IMG/VR virus record: IMGVR_UViG_3300025082_001358
Direction: 5' to 3' (one strand)
DNA: 20,726 nt
DNA from: a virus
The position numbers were made by a program, and so were the translations under genes. This document shows positions 17,572 to 20,726 of this stretch, piece after piece; position 1 is the first letter of the stretch; every line of letters begins with the position of its first letter. The notes under the pieces were generated by a model that searched no databases, was not told the origin of the DNA, and saw only the letters and a program-made list of their open reading frames with translations.

Positions 17572-18572
17572 TTTTTAAAAAGGAAAATTGGCTCATGTTT
17601 GGGTTTTCCTGTTTGTGAAGATAATTGAAGATGCCAAGTATCTGTAAGTTTAAAGCCAGTTTCCTTTCCTAGGCGCACAGTTTCAGATTCAAAATTTTTA
17701 ATTCTCTTTGTATCAGCAACATTCAATGCTAAAATAGAACCGGGCTTTAACCCATAATAACAATTTTCTATTGTTTTCCTTAGAAACTCCTCCACCCAAA
17801 GTTCTGTAGTATCATACTTCTTATATGATTGTGTATCTTCATCAGAATATTTCTCCCAATCAAAATAAGGTGGTGAGGTGAAACAAAAATCTACACTGTT
17901 TTTATCTGGCCTAAAAACTTCACTACCGAGCTTATGTAATTCTATCGTCCTTTTCTTATTACCCCAATCATTGCGAATCTCCTTCAGCCCCTCAAAAGTT
18001 TCTGTACATGGATCAGTACCAATATAATTAATATTGGCTGTAATAGAGCCCAACAAACGACCTCCATAACCACAACTCATATCCCAAACAACTCCAGAAT
18101 CTGTACTGAATAAGGAAGATTCCTTTTCTATAAACTTATCATATAATAAGGCGGCTGCTGTGGGTCTAAAATTAGAAACGACCTGTGTACCAGAATACCG
18201 ACTGAGCATTGCCCTCATGTCCAAAATTGATATCATATGATGTTCTCTTTTTGGAAAGAAAGTGCCAGATAATATTTTTTTAATACCTTTCTTCAGATGC
18301 TCCTCATCATTCCAAATCTCTATAGGAGTTTTCATCGTGCCACATTTAATATCCCAATGATGTGTCATATAACTCCAAGCCAAAGAAAGACCGTGGGCAG
18401 AAGAACCCACAGTCTTTGTTCTTGGTTTAAAAAGAATGGATCTATCGAACTTAATTAGTTTATTAAACTCCTTCTGACGCCATTTAAGGTCTTTTGGATA
18501 GTCTGGGAATCCCCTTCCTATCCATTCCTCATAAACCTCATTAACCAATTCTTCACTTACTTGAATTGGCAT
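17568..18572 (-). CDS. Amino-DNA methyltransferase (N4-cytosine or N6-adenine; SPPY type)
   Basis: Motif I VWDMSCGYGGRLLG, YIGTDP, motif IV DFCFTSPPYF. Likely ATG 18572 overlapping the gp44 stop. Confidence 0.85.
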   Translation of the reverse strand: MPIQVSEELVNEVYEEWIGRGFPDYPKDLKWRQKEFNKLIKFDRSILFKPRTKTVGSSAHGLSLAWSYMTHHWDIKCGTMKTPIEIWNDEEHLKKGIKKILSGTFFPKREHHMISILDMRAMLSRYSGTQVVSNFRPTAAALLYDKFIEKESSLFSTDSGVVWDMSCGYGGRLLGSITANINYIGTDPCTETFEGLKEIRNDWGNKKRTIELHKLGSEVFRPDKNSVDFCFTSPPYFDWEKYSDEDTQSYKKYDTTELWVEEFLRKTIENCYYGLKPGSILALNVADTKRIKNFESETVRLGKETGFKLTDTWHLQLSSQTGKPKHEPIFLFKK

Positions 18573-19492
18573 TGGGTCATTATCTCTGTTAAGCACGCAA
18601 GGAGATTCACTTCCGGATCAGCAACAAATGCACTATAATACTGATACTTACCAATAACCAAAACTGCAGCCGGAATGCTAGATGGCTCCATATATTCATA
18701 TAACTTCTCATAAACTTTACGAAAGATTTTAACGGGATCATTATCTATATTATCAACTACCCATTTACGAACATTTCCAAACTCTTTATTTTTTAAATAC
18801 TCCATAAGCGACTTCATATTAACTTCGGCAATATTTACCAAAATGCCAGAGTCAATCGTACCGCTCACACTATATCGTTGTAGCTCATTTAATACTCTCC
18901 TAAAATCAGGAAAGTGTTTCATAATTAATTCAGCAACTACAGGTTCTTCAAATCCAATATTTTCTGTCTTTAAAATTTTCTCTACACGGCCCATAAACTG
19001 GGCAGCAAGATGTGCTTTATTGCCATTGATTTTAAATTCAATGACAGCGCATCGAGAATGTAACGGTTCAATAATTCTGTTTTTGAAATTGCAGGTAAAA
19101 ATAAACCTACAATTATTGTGAAACTCCTCAATGAACCCACGGAGTGCAGGTTGTGTTGATTGAGGATTTAGATAATCAGCCTCATCTAAAATTACAACTT
19201 TCTTACCACCTTGTAATGATACAGTTGAGGCAAAAGTTTTAATTTTATTTCTTAATACATCAATGCCGGATTCTTCAGAACCATTAATAATAATGTAATC
19301 AGATTTTAATTGCTCACATAAGGCGCGAGCAACCGTTGTCTTACCAACACCCGAACCACCAGACAAAAGGAGATTTGGAATCTCCTTCTGGCCAATAAAT
19401 TCTAAAAAGGTATTTTTTATAGAATCTGGAAGAATACAATCATTAATACTTTTTGGTCTATATGATTCTACCCATAAAAACGATTCTGCCAT
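18557..19492 (-). CDS. 44: gp44 clamp-loader large subunit (AAA+)
   Basis: LWVESYRP, Walker A GGSGVGKTT, Walker B ILDEAD, SRC motif, FPDFRR. Confidence 0.97.
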   Translation of the reverse strand: MAESFLWVESYRPKSINDCILPDSIKNTFLEFIGQKEIPNLLLSGGSGVGKTTVARALCEQLKSDYIIINGSEESGIDVLRNKIKTFASTVSLQGGKKVVILDEADYLNPQSTQPALRGFIEEFHNNCRFIFTCNFKNRIIEPLHSRCAVIEFKINGNKAHLAAQFMGRVEKILKTENIGFEEPVVAELIMKHFPDFRRVLNELQRYSVSGTIDSGILVNIAEVNMKSLMEYLKNKEFGNVRKWVVDNIDNDPVKIFRKVYEKLYEYMEPSSIPAAVLVIGKYQYYSAFVADPEVNLLACLTEIMTQCQFK

Positions 19493-19494
19493 AA

Positions 19495-20157
19495 TTAATC
19501 ACTCTGTTGTTCCATGGCGATCCAATAAGACGCCTTAGATCCTACCCACTGACTTACGCCAGCCTCTCTTGAACCAGAAAGTTCATAATCACCGGTAATC
19601 ATCTTCAAATTTTCAGCTTTAAAATGATAATTAAATTCTGGCCCGTCGCGTGTTAAATCCAAATCCAATGTATAATTATTCGATGTTGAATTTTTAATAT
19701 CAGTAGCTTCTAAAACAATTGTTTTTGAATTTTCTGACCGAATAATAATATCTGGAAGTTGCATTACTGCAGAGGCTTTCAAAATATCCCTCAAACTCCT
19801 TTCTTTGATAGTAATGTTTGCACCTAATTCCGGAACATTAAAAACTTCCGGAGGTGATGTAAGAATAGATGGATCTGAATAAAAATATTTAATTTTTGTT
19901 TGACCTCCATTTACGGTAAGATAACTATCATTATCAAATTTTAATTCTGGCGTATCAACTAAAGTTAATACTCCAAGGAATTCACTCAAATCATAAATTC
20001 CAAAGTCTGCAGGAAAAGTCTCCTTAACCTCAGACTCCGCCAAAATATTTTTCATAGTAGACATGGTCCGAAGTTTAGTACCTTCTTTAACCAAAAGATT
20101 TTGATTAACCGTTGAAAAGTTTTTCAACACATCTATCGTTTCACTGCTTAACTTCAT
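19495..20157 (-). CDS. 45: gp45 sliding clamp
   Basis: MKLSSETIDVLKNFSTVNQNL, FGIYDLSEFL, YWIAME. ATG 20157 with GAGGAG upstream; directly precedes gp44. Confidence 0.96.
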   Translation of the reverse strand: MKLSSETIDVLKNFSTVNQNLLVKEGTKLRTMSTMKNILAESEVKETFPADFGIYDLSEFLGVLTLVDTPELKFDNDSYLTVNGGQTKIKYFYSDPSILTSPPEVFNVPELGANITIKERSLRDILKASAVMQLPDIIIRSENSKTIVLEATDIKNSTSNNYTLDLDLTRDGPEFNYHFKAENLKMITGDYELSGSREAGVSQWVGSKASYWIAMEQQSD

Positions 20158-20443
20158 TTTCACTCTCCTCATGTATATGTAACATGATTATTCCATAATG
20201 TAAAATCTTCATAAGGTCGTCTTTATTCTTGCCGCCTTTACGGCCATATCGTTGGGCATACTTCAAAAGGTTACCCATACAAAATCCTTCACCATGACCA
20301 CATTCTTCTATAAACTCCAACGCTTGAAATTTATTTGCTGAATAATGTAACTCATAGGTGTTATCAATATATTCTCTCAACGCCTTTAGTGATTTGTTTT
20401 CACTAAACTTGTAATTATTTTCTGGAAGTTTTGTTACTTTCAT
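20141..20443 (-). CDS. DUF3310-like protein (family related to the T7 gp1.7 nucleotide kinase)
   Basis: HY...FCMGNLLKYAQRYGRKG...DLMKILHY pattern. Start at ATG 20443 or 20449, not the 20560 start in the ORF track. Confidence 0.65.
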   Translation of the reverse strand: MKVTKLPENNYKFSENKSLKALREYIDNTYELHYSANKFQALEFIEECGHGEGFCMGNLLKYAQRYGRKGGKNKDDLMKILHYGIIMLHIHEESENEVKQ

Positions 20444-20450
20444 ATTCATA

Positions 20451-20479
20451 ATTATCTCATATTTTAATACAAATGTCAA
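20451..20479 (-). promoter_or_regulatory. sigma70-type promoter for the replication operon
   Basis: TTGACA (20479-20474), 17-nt spacer, TG-A-GATAAT extended -10 (20456-20451). Confidence 0.7.
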
Positions 20480-20481
20480 TA

Positions 20482-20559
20482 GAAAATGTGGGGCGAACGT
20501 ACTCGGTCTCCGAAAGGTATTTAGTGGTGGACCCTGGGACGTGCGTACGCCACCCCACA
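20482..20559 (-). terminator. GC-rich long stem-loop followed by a U-tract (terminator or cis-regulatory RNA)
   Basis: UGUGGGG pairs with CCCCACA and the stem extends to about 15 bp with one bulge. It is followed by UUUUCU and starts just after the upstream stop at 20566. Confidence 0.55.
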
Positions 20560-20565
20560 AGCGTT

Positions 20566-20724
20566 TTACTTCTTCTGATTTACAAAATCATAAAACTTCT
20601 GAGCAGTTTCCATAATCTGGTCAACGCCGGGTACCGTAGGCATTTCTACCTTTGTTACCAAATATTCGTTATCTTCAGTATGGATACTGGTTTCAAACTG
20701 ACCCCATTTTGCATGGTAATCATT
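20566..20724 (-). CDS. C-terminal part of a hypothetical protein (5' end outside the window)
   Basis: Open frame from the window edge: NDYHAKWGQFETSIHTEDNEYLVTKVEMPTVPGVDQIMETAQKFYDFVNQKK*. Not in the ORF track. Confidence 0.7.
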   Translation of the reverse strand, partial: NDYHAKWGQFETSIHTEDNEYLVTKVEMPTVPGVDQIMETAQKFYDFVNQKK

Positions 20725-20726
20725 CT

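Noticed and set aside
3470-18843. The many 60-118 aa + strand ORFs lying opposite the replication operon (e.g. 3470..3793, 6051..6377, 8125..8481, 14316..14657)
   Set aside because: All lie opposite well-supported minus-strand genes, with no promoter, RBS or motif support.
20450-20560. N-terminal extension of the DUF3310-like ORF to 20560
   Set aside because: It runs through the hairpin and sigma70 promoter and has atypical composition; the real start is probably 20443 or 20449.
1-20726. Stop-codon reassignment, tRNA, rRNA or CRISPR array
   Set aside because: Core genes translate full length in the standard code, intergenic space is minimal, and I saw no cloverleaf or regularly spaced repeats.

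Overview
AT-rich window from a T4-like myovirus genome, probably an environmental/marine T4-like phage of a heterotrophic bacterium (host is inference). From about 20,450 down to 3,016 the minus strand is one tightly packed DNA-replication operon: gp45 clamp, gp44, gp62, regA, gp43 polymerase, uvsX and gp41 helicase. Many non-core genes are interleaved, mostly through overlapping stop/start codons: two DNA methyltransferases, a GNAT acetyltransferase, a RimK-like ATP-grasp ligase fused to a retropepsin-like protease, a SET-domain protein, a DUF4338/DruA-like protein, a GT-B glycosyltransferase with a likely C-terminal winged-helix, an SbmA/BacA-like peptide transporter, a MaoC-like hydratase, a 2OG-Fe(II) oxygenase and several small proteins. 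At the left end, two back-to-back T4 late-promoter motifs precede divergent genes. One is a 658-aa PD-(D/E)xK-like putative nuclease (+) that overlaps the adenine methyltransferase tail-to-tail. The other is a KxDG ligase-like protein (-, runs off the window and is missing from the ORF track). Family calls come from motif recognition only; no searches were run. I saw no rRNA, tRNA, CRISPR array, intein or intron.
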